From contig CM075987.1 of NCBI GenBank assembly GCA_038087875.1, forward strand, positions 18,664,001 to 18,728,000: DNA of 64,000 nucleotides. The letters are read 5' to 3'. Made by a program: the position numbers and the translations under genes. Position 1 is the first letter of the stretch. Every line of letters begins with the position of its first letter. The notes beneath the pieces are model-generated. The model saw nothing but the letters and a program-made list of their open reading frames with translations, was not told where the DNA came from and did not search any database. This document shows positions 40,279-53,100 of the stretch, in pieces. Source of the stretch: Malacoraja senta. Lineage: Eukaryota.

Positions 40279-41525
40279 ATAAGTGAGTTTGGTATTCCAG
40301 AAAATCGCAAGGAATCAAGGGATTTGTCAAAGGTCAAACGCTATAAAAAAAAATCGAACAAAGCGCTTTAGATACAGTGAGTATAGTTTGGGTCCGATTT
40401 TTGCCTTTTTTCAAGTTCGTATTTGTCAGGGGGCAGATACAGCAGGCAGATGCAAGTGGGAGGCCGGGGGGGGGAGACTGGACCGGCTCTCGGCAGCTGC
40501 ATGCACACCTCATCCGCAGCCAGGAACGAACCCGTGTCCCTGGCGCCGCAAGCACTGCAAATCTGCCACTGGACCGTCCCCGGTGTCCCACCCCCCACTC
40601 GAGTGTCCCATCTCTGCCTGGGGGGCGGCCGGAGACATCCGGACTGACGGGACACCGGCCCCCAGGCCCACAGCCAGTGCGGAGAAGCACCAACTCCAGC
40701 TCACCTCCACCTCTCCCGCTGGGCCAACCTACCGGCCCGGCCGGACCGACAACACCAGTGACCCCAGGCCCACAGCCAGCATGGAGAACGCACAGGCCCA
40801 GAGCCAGCGCCAACTCCAGCCCAACCCCGCTTCAACTCCAGAGGAACCCACTCCCCGATGGGTCGCTATGGCGACAAGTGCCAGTTCGCCCACGGCCTGG
40901 CAGAGATGCACTCCCTCAGCCGCCACCCCAAGTACAAGCCAGAGCCAGCCTGGGCTCAGCCTCCTCCGGCCCGGACTCTAGGCTTGGGGCTGAGCAAGAA
41001 AGGGAGAGGAGGTTGCTGCTGCCACCAGCACCACCATCACCAACAGCTCCAGCGGGCGCCCGGCCTGCCCATGGCTGGCAGGAGCCCGTCCGCAGACTCT
41101 CTCTCCGACCAGGACGACTCCAGCAGCAGCTGCTCCGAATCGCCCTTTTTCGAGCAGGGCCGGTGGCTACTCATCTTCAACAGGATCTCGGTGTTGGACT
41201 GAGGGGAGTGGGGTGGAGGTGGAGGTGGAGCCAACCCAGCGGGACAGGCAGAGCCAAGCTTGAACCAGCGGTTGCAGCGCCGGCTGCAGGTCCGGGGCCG
41301 CCCCGCCAGCCCAGGGCCACCCGGACAGGGACGGGACACCGGGGAGAGGACGGGGATGGCCCAGCAGCAACTCAACAGCACCCGCAGCGATGGAGAGCCG
41401 GGCCCGACCCCGACCACGGACGAAACACAAGTCTGCACACAATGCAGCACCACCGTTGCCAAGACTGTTTTTCGCTTGTGACCTATGACCTGGGCATGCG
41501 CAGTCGGAATACCAAACTCGCTTAT
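40279..41525. mobile_element. Unclassified TIR element, copy 2, inserted in a SINE and carrying a host gene fragment
   Basis: TIRs ATAAGTGAGTTTGGTATTCC / GGAATACCAAACTCGCTTAT. Candidate 4-bp TSD TAGT. Splits a SINE into two halves. Confidence 0.8.
40858..41202 (+). pseudogene. Rearranged ZFP36/TIS11 (tristetraprolin-family) gene fragment, 114-codon open frame
   Basis: [27 protein letters not shown] matches the second half of CCCH finger 1 plus the linker (family consensus KYGxKCQFAHGxxELRSLTRHPKYKTE). [33 protein letters not shown] matches the family C-terminus (RLPIFNRIS-type motif), with the stop at the homologous position. Confidence 0.85.
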
Positions 41526-44500
41526 TAGTGCAAGGGGTAATCACTGGTCAGCATGGACTCAGTTTCCTTGCTGCATCTCTAAAGTCTAAAGACCTGGAAG
41601 GATCATGCTGTACTTAAACAAATTAACAAGACTCGTGGCAAAAGATATTTTCAGCCCACAAAATGAAACCATGCTGTAATTTACAATTGATTTGGGACAC
41701 AATTGATTTGGGAGAGCAGGCACTGTGTTCTTTTCTTAATTATCACAGTTGTGATAACTACCAAGATCTGCACATTTTACTTAATCTACTATTCCAGGTC
41801 ATTCAAATAAATGACTCTCCAAACTGCATGTTTAAGCAGCAATAAAACAAGAATTGCCTAGACTGTCACTTTAATGTGAGGAACTCAGACAATTCCCTGC
41901 TGCTCAGAACAAATAGAAATTTATAGGTATGATGATTTGAAACCATAGCACAAAAAAAACATGTGATTTTATGCCTCTAGCTCTTACTACACTGTAACCA
42001 TTCCAGCAATATTCAATTGAAACCTACATGTTTAGACTGATAACAAAGGTATCACTAGGCAAAACATTTACTGATGTATACAATTATAATGGAATCCAGT
42101 CATTTTATCTTCTCGATAAAATGCAAAAAAAATGCCAAAGAATCTTACTCTGAGGGTTTCACTGCTCGCATTCAAATCAGGTGCAGTGGGGCATTAAATT
42201 TTAATCAATTTTAAACCAACAGTACTCTTGACATTTAAACAAAACACACAATCTGCTCCTCCAATTACAGCAATGTTCTGATGTCAATGTATAGATTCTT
42301 CTAAGATGCATACAAATCCAACTGCCCATACAGAAAACAAAAATCTAATTTAATATCTGGCTCAGACCCCTTCCCTCTCCCAATTTCCCTATACGGTCCA
42401 TTTCCCTCTTGCACTCTCAGTCCTGATGCAGGACCTTGATCCAAAATATCAACCATCCCTTTGCCTCCACAGACACGGCCTGACCCCCTGAACTGATTTG
42501 TTTGCTTGTTTACCTCAAATTGTTTACCTCAATGGCTTGCTTGTTTACCTCAAATTGAACATCCGGTGAGGGATCTATATTAGCCCGATCGCTGGGGAGA
42601 AAGACTCCACTCTTCCACAAAAGAGAGGCGTGGGATTTATCCACTCAAGCATCAAACTTTAACATTTACTTTTAAAGACGCACAGAGCTGAATGGCAGTG
42701 CATGGCCAGAGTGCACGAACAATAACCATTGAATACCTCAAATCACAATTAAGTAGTCAGAACCATCCCCACGACCTTAGCTAATACCTCTGTCACAAGG
42801 ACATATCCACTAAAGGGAAATGGAAGCTGCCATCCCATCAGACTCAATCACATATACAAACATTAGATCTGGCTCGACTAAAAATACACAGATTAAATCA
42901 ATACAGCCCAAGGTTTTCACACACTGGGCTCAGGAAAGATGTGTACTTCCTCACGAAGAACCACAGTCACTGCAACTGTCCGTTTACTGCACAGTAATGC
43001 AAGACTTTAAGCTGATCACAACATGCTTCCATGAGCCACTGATAAGTGGCTACGACAAAAAACATGACAAAACATTTTGCAGAGTACATCGTGTTTCTGC
43101 CTACAGTACAAAGATACTTTTGTGAAGATGGTGTTAATATATGCCATGACTGTAAGCAAGAACACAACAGAATTGATGCTTGCTCATTGAAGATGTTGGC
43201 TCTTGATCTTTACCAGAAATCCAGAGGGTGGAGGATACATCAACCTCGTTCATCACAAATGAAGCCACATTTTTGAACAATAGAATTTCTGATGGCTTTA
43301 CAGCTCCAGACTAGAAATCTTTAGTCAATGACAAAAAAAGTTTCTAATTTTGATATGATATACTGTTACTTGAGGCTGGGAGATCATATAATGTGCAGTT
43401 CTGGTCACCCCATTACTGGAGAGATGCAATTGAGAGGTTTTGGAGAGGGAACAAAGGAGATTTACCAGAATTCTGCCTGGATCTGAGGGTTTCAGCTACA
43501 GGGAGAGGCAAGTTTTTTTTTTTTTTTTTTACACACAGTGGTGGGGGCCTGAAACGCATTGTCAGGGGTGGTGGTGGAGGCAGATACAAAGGGTCTGGCA
43601 AGGTGCGAGCAGTGATGAGGGTTAAGGCTGGATCAGTTATGTTCTTGTTGTATGGCAATGATCTTTCAAGAGTCTGACTGGCATACTACTGATATTTCCA
43701 CTTCATTCCATGCGCCAAAAGAATCTAATGATTCTAATCAGAGTCATCCCATCGGTCAATCTGCCGACGATCAAACGAGGCACGCCTCTGGGCAAATGAT
43801 TTGGCTTCTCTTCCCTAATTGCTGTCCCCGTCACAAGTGATCCACCTGCCAACTCAGTGTGTTTCCTTGAACACAAGTGCCTTCATGGCTGGGAATTCTT
43901 AATTCAAGGGAAAACTTCATGTGTTTTACAAAGGAAATGGTAATTTTCCTTTTGATCCAAGATCAAGTTTCATATTACCCATTCTTGGCCAGGCTGAGCA
44001 AACAGGACTTCAGCTCATCTTCCCTCTCTTATCTCGTCTCTGCATTAGCTAACAGACATAATCTTTACTGTTGCAAAGAAATGATTCTGAATTAAATGCC
44101 GTAGTCAAACTCAACTCAGTTACAACAGGTTACTTCAAGAAAAATCTCAAGTGAAAAGGAAGGGCTGGGTTTTGAAAGAGTATTCTGCCTAAATGCATTA
44201 GCTGAACAAAACAATTTATAGAAACCCATCACAAATTTTCCTGAAAAGTATTGCATTTCCGAATGAAAAAACACAAAATATTTCCATCAACACATGCAAC
44301 ACCATGTCCATGTTCCAGCATTTCATTATCAATATCTTCAGAATGGAAAACGTAGGATTTAATACGGATATAATTCCAAACTTCATGTATCTGTTTGTTT
44401 GCTCAAAACTTTTCAACAAAATTTGCAGCACATGTGAGTTTTGAGGTGGAGACAGATGCACAAAAATAGCACGACTGTGAAATGTAACCCATTTTACATG

Positions 44501-47067
44501 CAATGTACTTGCAAATTTTCTGCGTATAGATCAGAAATAGCTCGTCTAAAGGGTTGCAGAACATAGGTGACCCTTTACAGGAAGAGTTAAAGATCAGCAA
44601 ATTAGTCACTGCAAGACAACTTATTCACACCGGGAGACATCCAAGTAACCATACCTGGATTTTGAACGTGCCGGACATAAAACTATGGTAATGTAATTAA
44701 AACAAATAATGGTTCTAAGAGTGCATGGATGAAAAGTGAAGTCTAACCACATTTATTCTATCTTTAACAAGATGTGCGTTGATTAATAGAATAGTAACAA
44801 GAAAGATCCCGTGTGGTTTAAGGCTGCAATGACTTTTCAAAGAAAGCATGAGGGGATAAATGAGGTACGTCGTAATAAAATATTTTTTTGAAATCTTTTT
44901 GCACACACCTAGCCTTGATGCTACCATTTTATGCACACGTTTACGTTACAAAAACAGTGTTTGAAACTTAAAATACCAACCAAATAAATTAAAATTGATA
45001 TTTTTAATGCTTCACACTTTTTTTCCATATGGGAGCTGAAGTCCAAGTTCACACTTTAGTTTGCATGTTTTAATGACTTCTAAAATATTTTTTTTGGATT
45101 TCGAGTTTAGCATTCACGCATTCTAGAAAAAAGAACCCTCAAACAGTTTCAAGCACAAAGCATGTACAATTTGACGGATTTCAATTTTCAATTCTTGGCT
45201 GTAACACTTGCAGATATTTAAATATAAAATGCACATCTGCTCTGAACTGCTTAGTCACATAACACCTACGTTTAGCAGCTTTTGGAAATACGGTTTCTTT
45301 GTTAACAAAAGATTTTATTGTGTAAATTCTTAAGTTGCTAATCGATCTTGGGAGAAAAATCATTTAAAATATGAACCAAATATCTGCAGCTTTCACAAAA
45401 ACATAGAAATGTCAAAATGCAGATAATTAACAGATCAATGCTATGCAGGCTGTAATCACTCTACACATGGAGTTTAAATATCAGAACGATATAAGAATCA
45501 AGCCAAAAACCTGAAGTTCTTAACTGTAATATTTTCTCATATTCCTTAAATTTAAGGTCATAAGGAATAGGAGAAGAATTAGGCCATTCGGCCCATCAAG
45601 TCTACTCCGCCATTCATTCATGGCTGATCTATCTCTCCCCCTAACCCCATTCTTCTGCCTTCTCCCCATAACATCTGACACAATGATTCACAAGCAAATT
45701 TTGATAGCACTTCAGTTATGTATGCTTTTAGACAGTCCCATTCAGTATCACCAAGACATATGCTGGTAACAAACTGATTTATAGTCTCTATAACAATTTG
45801 TCTGGTCAATGCAATTTCCTCCTCTTACACAAAAACTGGAATCCTGATATTAAAACTTGACTGCAAAATTGTATTTTGTAAAAATTGATAGCTCAGTTAC
45901 TACTTTGCCAAGGAAACTCACGGTGACCTCCAGTTGCACCTTTTAGTTCCACTAGAAGTATTGAATCCAATTCTATGGCAAGGTGCCCACAGCAGCATTA
46001 CATACAAAACTGAAGAGATATCAGTAAACTGAAACAAATGGTTCACAAGCGAATTTTGATACCAGTTGGAGATGTCCAAGGATTATTTATTAGTTACTTA
46101 AGGTGAATACTATAAAAGCCTTGGTAAGATACATCCAAAGATGAAATCCCACTTCCATTTGATAAAACTGTCTTGAAACTTTCATTTGTGTTTTAAGTGG
46201 AAATATGTAAAGAAAGACCATTACGAAACCAGACAAATATGAAACCAGAAAATCTAAGTGAAACTAAAGGCAAGATGCCAGGACATTGAGATTCAGAATG
46301 TCATGATTCACTTATCACGTGATTTACTGGTGGTATTTCAGAAATAATTTACATTGAAATCATGTTACACCAGTAATATCTTGGTGAATTTAGTTTAAAA
46401 AGATGGAAAATAAAGTAAAAATGCTAATGTAATGCCTGACCCAATATCAATGAAATAAAAAAGAGGGGACAGATACGAATGCAGATGCTGCAATCTTGTG
46501 CTAAAAAAAACTGCTGGAGGAACTCAGTGAGTCAGGCAGCATCTGTGGAGGAAAGGGACAGACAATGTTTTGGGACATAACCCTTTTCAAAATGGGCCCT
46601 CTGTTCCATCAGATTGAAGAAACAGCATCTGTCCATTTCCCTCCACAGATGCTGTGTCACCGATTTCCAGCAGTTCGTTTTTCTGCTCAATAATATATAA
46701 AGTTAAAAACCACGACAGTATACAATAAAGGACAAAGGCAACATTTCGCATGTTAGTTTAACTACGCATTTCTTAAAAACAAAAATCAAGTCATTGTCAC
46801 TTGTTAAAGACATATTACCTGATACTACAGTAAAACAGTCAAGTAGACAAAATGCATGCACTGGAATGTAGATTTTTCCCCACCATAAATACAAAATGTG
46901 GAGCACTTGCACTACAATTAATACATGAAGAATAGTTCCCCCCAACATGGCACTATGATGTGCAGTCTTTCACACAGACAATTATAATACGCACTTATCA
47001 TCATAGTTCCATCTTTTCAAACTAAATTCATAAATTATTCCATCACTTTTAAAATGCTTGGAATAAA

Positions 47068-47430
47068 TCATCATCATCATCATTGAAAACATCAACGGGC
47101 ACGGTACCTTACAATGCTATGTACGACAGTGATCGCAACTTCTACTGAAGTGCGGGTGGCCGTTGGCTCGCTAGGAGCTCATCCGCCCTTTGGCAGGTCT
47201 TGTTTTTGGTCCTGCTGGGGTTCCACAGCCCCCTCCTCACCTAGCAAACCAGGTGGGGGAGACAGTTTAGTCGCCGGCTATCCGACCATGGAGCACGTAA
47301 CACGGGATTACATGGTGCCCGTGGCTGTGGGAACTCCCCTGACCTGACCGGATGGTCATGGTACCCGTGGCGGTGGGTACCATGGGCACCCATGGCAGTG
47401 GGAACTCCCCCTGATCTGACCGGAATGAAA
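47068..47430 (-). mobile_element. Probable non-LTR retroelement 3' fragment with (GAT)n tail and short internal duplications
   Basis: (TCA)n run followed by GC-rich sequence. GTGGGAACTCCCCTGACCTGACCGGA is duplicated. Family is uncertain. Confidence 0.4.
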
Positions 47431-47494
47431 TTCTATAATCATTCACAATAAAGAACTGATATGCTTGGATAGACACAACATGCTGGAATAACTC

Positions 47495-49215
47495 AGGGGG
47501 AAGGGGGGCGGGAGGGAGGGGGCAAGGGGGTGGAAGGGGGGCAAGATGGAGGGGGAAGGGGGCAGGAGGGAGGGGGGAAGGGGGCAGGAGGGAGGGGGGA
47601 AGGGGGAAGGAGGGAGTGGGGAGGGGGGAAGGGGACAAGAGGGAGGAGGGAAGGGACAAGAGGGAGGGGGAAAGGGACAAGGGGGAGGGGGAAAGGGGGA
47701 GGGGGAAAGGGGGGAGGGGGAAAGGGGGAGGGGGAAAGGGGGAGGGGGAAAGAGGGAGGGGGAAAGAGGGGAGGGGGAAAGAGGGAGGGGGGGAGGGAGG
47801 GGGGGGAGGGAGGGGGGGAGGGGGCAAGAGGGAGGGGGGGAGGGGGCAAGAGGGAGGGGGGGAGGGGGCAAGAGGGAGGGGGGGGAGGGGGCAAGAGGGA
47901 GGGGGGAAGGGGGCAGGAGGGAGGGGGGGAAGGGGGCAGGAGGGAGGGGGGGAAGGGGGCAGGAGGGAGGGGGGAAGGGGGCAGGAGGGAGGGGGGGGAA
48001 GGGGGCAGGAGGGAGGGGGGAAGGGGGCAGGAGGGAGGGGGGAAGGGGGCAGGAGGGAGGGGGGGAAGGGGGCAGGAGGGAGGGGGGGAAGGGGGCAGGA
48101 GGGAGGGGGGGAAGGGGGCAGGAGGGAGGGGGGAAGGGGGCAGGAGGGAGGAGGGAGGGGGGGAAGGGGGCAGGAGGGAGGGGGAAGGAGGCAGGAGGGA
48201 GGGGGAAGGGGGCAGGAGGGAGGGGGAAGGGGGCAGGAGGGAGGGGGAAGGGGCAGGAGGGAGGGGGAAGGGGCAGGAGGGAGGGGGAAGGGGCAGGAGG
48301 GAGGGGGGAAGGGGCAGGAGGGAGGGGGGGAAGGGGCAGGAGGGAGGGGGGGAAGGGGCAGGAGGGAGGGGGGGGAAGGGGCAGGAGGGAGGGGGGGAAG
48401 GGGCAGGAGGGAGGGGGGAAGGGGCAGGAGGGAGGGGGGAAGGGGCAGGAGGGAGGGGGGAAGGGGCAGGGAGGGAGGGAGGGAGGGGGCAGGAGGGAGG
48501 GGGCAGGAGGGAGGGAGGGAGGGGGCAGGGAGGGGAGGGAGGGAGGGGGCAGGAGGAGGCAGGAGGGAGGGGGAAGGAGGCAGGAGGGAGGGAGGGAGGG
48601 GGGAAGGGGACAGGAGGGAGGGGACAGGAGGGAGGGGACAGGAGGGAAGGGGCAGGAGGGAAGGGGGCAAGAGGGAGGGGGGAGGGGGGAAGGGGGCAAG
48701 AGGGAGGGGTCAAGAGGGAGGGGGGAAGGGGGCAAGAGGGAGGGGGGCAAGGGGGAAAGAGGGAGGGGGGGAAGGGGGCAAGAGGGAGGGGGGGGAAGGG
48801 GGCAAGAGGGAGGGGGGGAGGGGGCAAGAGGGAGGGGGGAAGGGGGCAAGAGGGAGGGGGGAAGGGGGCAAGAGGGAGGGGGGGAAGGGGGCAAGAGGGA
48901 GGGGGAAGGGGGCAGGAGGGAGGGGTGGAAGGGGGCAGGAGGGAGGGGTGGAAGGGGGCAGGAGGGAGGGGTGGAAGGGGGCAGGAGGGAGGGGTGGAAG
49001 GGGGCAGGAGGGAGGGGTGGAAGGGGGCAGGAGGGAGGGGTGGAAGGGGGCAGGAGGGAGGGGAGGAAGGGGGCAGGAGGGAGGGGAGGAAGGGGGCAGG
49101 AGGGAGGGGGGAAGGGGGCAGGAGGGAGGGGGGAAGGGGGCAGGAGGGAGGGGGGAAGGGGGCAGGAGGGAGGGGGGAAGGGGGCAGGAGGGAGGGGGGA
49201 AGGGGGCAGGAGGTT
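47495..49215. repeat. G-rich minisatellite, about 20-22-bp unit (GGGGGAAGGGGGCAGGAGGGA)n, 1.7 kb
   Basis: Tandem units are directly visible, with variant blocks (GCAAG, GACAG, GGGGTGG). Confidence 0.95.
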
Positions 49216-49459
49216 GGGTCAGGGCCGGAGAGAGGAGGGGGAGGGGGGACGGAGAGCAGGCCCGGAGGGAGGTGCGGGCAAGGCAGGGGCAGTGCGGGAG
49301 GTGGGCGCATGGGAGCACGTATAATAAGCCTCTGTCTGAAAAACGTCTGAACGAACGCTTCGACCCGAAACGTCGCCCGTTCCTTCTCTCCACAGATGCT
49401 GCCTGTCCGGCGGAGCCACTCTAGCACTTTGGTGCCAGTCTATAATAAACCCCTAACCG

Positions 49460-50100
49460 GGGGGACGGACGACGACGACGACACTGCAGTGCGGGACATG
49501 GTTACAGAAAAAACTTCTGTTGAAGTTCATTCCAGGATTGTCAACTTCAGGCTGGCGGCGGGACCGGAGCTGGGGCAATGCCCTCGCCCGGACCGGGGGG
49601 GGAGAGAGGAGAGGGAGGGAGAGGGAAAGAGAGGGGAGGGAAGAAAGGGGGGGGGAGGGGGAGGAGGAGGAGGAGGGGGGAGGGGAGGGGGGAGGGGGGA
49701 GGGGGAGTCCGCTGCCCGGCAACGGCCCAGCCTAAAGCGTCCAGCCCCCCCCCCCCCCCCCCCCTTCCTCCCTCCTCGCCTCCACCCCGCGACCTCAGAC
49801 TCAGACTCACCCACACGCCGCTCCCCGTGTATGTCTGCCTCTGTCCCCGCTGCCGCTGCCGCTGCCGCTTTGCCCTTCCTTCCCTCCTCCTCCTCCTCCT
49901 CCCCGCTCGCCCGGAGAAACAGCGCAGCCCGCGCCGCACCGGAAACCAGCGCGCTTGACAACGGACGTGACGTTGACGAGGGTGCGCGTCGCCCAGCAAC
50001 AGACCCCGCCCACTCGTAAACAAAGCGCTGGGCGTGTCACAGAATTGGTCACACAGCCCGGAGACCCGTCCAGCAGCTAGTGCCATGGTTTAGCGCGCAA
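49460..50100 (-). promoter_or_regulatory. CpG-island promoter, probably of NACC2
   Basis: Non-repetitive CpG-dense segment. Motifs: ETS-like CCGGAA (49939-49944), CRE-like TGACGT (49968-49973), GC box CCCCGCCC (50004-50011), forkhead GTAAACA (50016-50022), KLF-like GGGCGTGTC (50030-50038), and CCAAT on the minus strand (50044-50048). Confidence 0.75.
49811..49945 (-). other. NACC2: Probable non-coding exon 1 of NACC2 (5' end approximate)
   Basis: Lies inside the CpG island, ends at a consensus donor TGG|GTGAGT (intron 49810-49805), is oriented toward the NACC2 acceptor at 4626, and is GC-rich with no ATG. Confidence 0.65.
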
Positions 50101-53100
50101 AGCTTTTTCACTGTACCTCGCTACACGTGACAATAAACTAAACTGAATAATCTTCACCCTACCATAGTTCCCAACCAGATGCAACTAAATTTAAGGTAGC
50201 TCTTTCTTCCCAAAACCACTTTCTGGCTTAAGTCCTCCCTCCACCACCTCCAGTTTAAATTCCATTTGGAATATTTTGGAGCACCAGGAAACCAAGAACC
50301 GAGCTATTCACTCAGTTCAGTTCAGTTTTATTTGTCATTTGTAGGTTAACACAGGGTCAACGATACAATGAGTACACTTCATTCTGCCTCGGAAAAGCAG
50401 CCAACATGTGTGTAGGTAGGAACTGCAGATAGACACAAAAAGCTGGAGTAACTCAGCGGGACTGGCAGCATCCCTGGAGAGAAGGAATAGGTGACATTTC
50501 AGGTCGAGAACCTCCTTCGGACCGAAGAGCATTTCCAGTATTTTGATTCTCAGTCTGAAGAAACGTATCAAGCCGAAACGACACCCATTCCTTTTCTCCA
50601 GAGATGCTGCCTGTCCAGCTGAGTTACTCCAGCATTTCGTATCTATCCTCGGTGTAACCAGCATCTGCAGTTCCTTCCTACACATCACTTGTCCCACCCT
50701 GGCGATTTATTCTTCTCCCTGCTCCCATCCAGCAGAAGTTGCAGAAGCTTGAAAGCGCGCACTGCCAGACTCAGGATAAGCTTCTTCCCTTCTGTGTTAT
50801 CAGGCTTATGAACGGTCCTTCCATAAGCTAGGATACTTTCCAATTCACTTCTACCCCTCTGAGGACATTGGACTTTGTCTATGAGACTGATATACTGCAA
50901 CCCTCAGAACCATATGCTGCATTCTGTATCTTCGTCTTTGCCCTCTCCGACTTGTGTTTATTTATGTAATAGTATATCCAATTTGAATAGCATGCAAATA
51001 AGCTTTTCACTGTACCACAGTACACGTGACAATAATAAACCTAACCCACATTTGGGACATAGCCCACTCAACATTTCCTATCCATGTACCTGCTCAGACA
51101 TATTTATGTTGTTTTTGTACCTGCTTCAACTATTTCCTCTGGCAGCTCATTCCATAAACCCACCACCCACTGAGTGAAAACGTTGCCCCTGAGGTTCCAA
51201 TTAAATCTTTCACCTCTCACCTTGAATCTATACTCTCTAGTTCTTGATTCTACTGCATGAGAGACTCTGTGCATTCTCACCCTACATATTTCCCTCATGA
51301 TTTTGCATTCTGGGCCAGTTTCATCAGAAAGTGTTAGAAGTACAAAAGACAGCAATGTTTCATTTAGATATGAGAAATAGGAAGAGCAGCAGGTCATTTA
51401 ATTTGAATACACGAGGTTTCGTTTGATCTGACATAATGCTGAACTAGGAAAGTGTGCGCCTATTCCTGTGCTGTACTGTTTTATGTTTTCAGCACCTCAA
51501 GCCCTTCCCACCACTCTACACGATGAAGACTGATAAACTTCTATTTTGTTGGGGGAAAAAAGTGCTGGAGGAGACACAAGAGACTGCAGATACTGGAATC
51601 TTGAGCAAAGCGCAAATTGCTGGATGGACTCAGCAGTTTGATGAAGGGTCCCGACCCAAAACATTGTCTGTCCATTCCCTCCGCAGATGCTGCCTGACCT
51701 GCTGAATTCCTCCAGCACTTTGTATTTTTGCACAAGATTCCAGCATCTGCAATCTCTTGTGTCTTGATTTTTTTTTAATTTGATTCAAAATGATTTTATT
51801 TCTGGTGCACTTTGAAGATTTTCTGCACAACTGTATCACATACTTTACCATAAAGTGAATGGGAAGGGTGATCTCAGGCTGAATTTTAAATTATTACATT
51901 TACAATTGGTAAAATTTTAATTGCCAGGCAAGGGACCTCAATTGCAAACCCAGACATTTATCCGGTCAGAGCATATAAGGGTTGTGTACATGGAACGTGC
52001 ATTATTTCATATGATCTTTTTATTGGTGTGGCATTAATCGAAGGTCTATATAAAGCATACTGTATTATATTTGTTAGCATTCTTTCAATTAAAACATAGA
52101 TCTTTTACTAAACTAGAGATAACTAGGATATTCATTTGTTGCAATTAGAAACAGATCTGCTCTCATTGTTTAATATTTACTTCCAGCAAACTTAAAATAG
52201 CTGTTGTGCTAATAACATTTAATATCAATTACACAAGAATCAGGGAGCAGGCTGTTGCACTTATTAGCAGCCTTAGAAATAGCAGATACTGGAAAAACTG
52301 TCACTTCAGAGCAGCTTTGTGTAAAATAAATGTTCCATTCTCCAACTTTCTGTCTTGGAGCTCGGTGTACACAAGGACTGACAACTCCAAGAAAAGTCAT
52401 ATGATGAGCTCACAGAACAGTTTCACATGAATTCAGCTTTGAGGTGCGACATCCATTTTAAGCCAGTTAATTGAGTAAGACCAGAGGATTTGTAGTTGTG
52501 AGCAGCTACTGTTAGAACATTATTTTTTCACACATTTCTGAGGAAATTACACGTGGGAAGTGGGAATTTATTTATATATTGTGTTTGAAAACAGGTTCTC
52601 TTAATTTAGAGAAAAGCAATTAAATTAAATCCACACAGTGGAAATCACCAATGAAGACAATAATGAGAAAAGGCTTTTTACCCAACCACTATATTAATGA
52701 GAAATGGATTGCTCAGTTCTTGAATGTTCCTTAATGTTAGTTGTACAAAACCTTCCACCCCATCGATATTAATGTCAAAATGAAAAGTGTTCCTTGTAAG
52801 AGCAAGTCTCAGCACTCCTTTGAACTTTCATTCTCATTTAATGGACTTAAAGAGAATTTCCTGTATTCCAAGTGCAGTACATGCCCACAAGTATAGAGAA
52901 GGTCCATGGACCAGAGGTGTAGTATTCAGAGACACAAGGAACTGCAAGTGCTGGAATATCAACTGATGGAATAACCCAGCGAGTCCTGTATGGTGGGAAT
53001 GGAGAAGGCTCCTGACCCAAAACATCACTCCATCCTCCACCAATGCTGCCTGACCTGCTGAGTTCTTCCAACACTGTGTTTTGTATAGTTTTTAGAGTTG

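Noticed and set aside
40283..41528. 383-aa and 232-aa ORFs as a possible transposase or novel gene
   Set aside because: GC-rich mosaic sequence with no recognisable domain. Only the 40858..41202 frame shows homology.
47267..49427. Long ORFs of 467-644 aa (Pro/Leu/Ser-rich or Gly/Arg/Glu-rich) in all six frames
   Set aside because: They result from a stop-free G-rich minisatellite and show no coding signal.
49396..50086. ORFs of 126-207 aa over the CpG island
   Set aside because: Typical stop-poor GC-rich sequence with low complexity and no homology I recognise.
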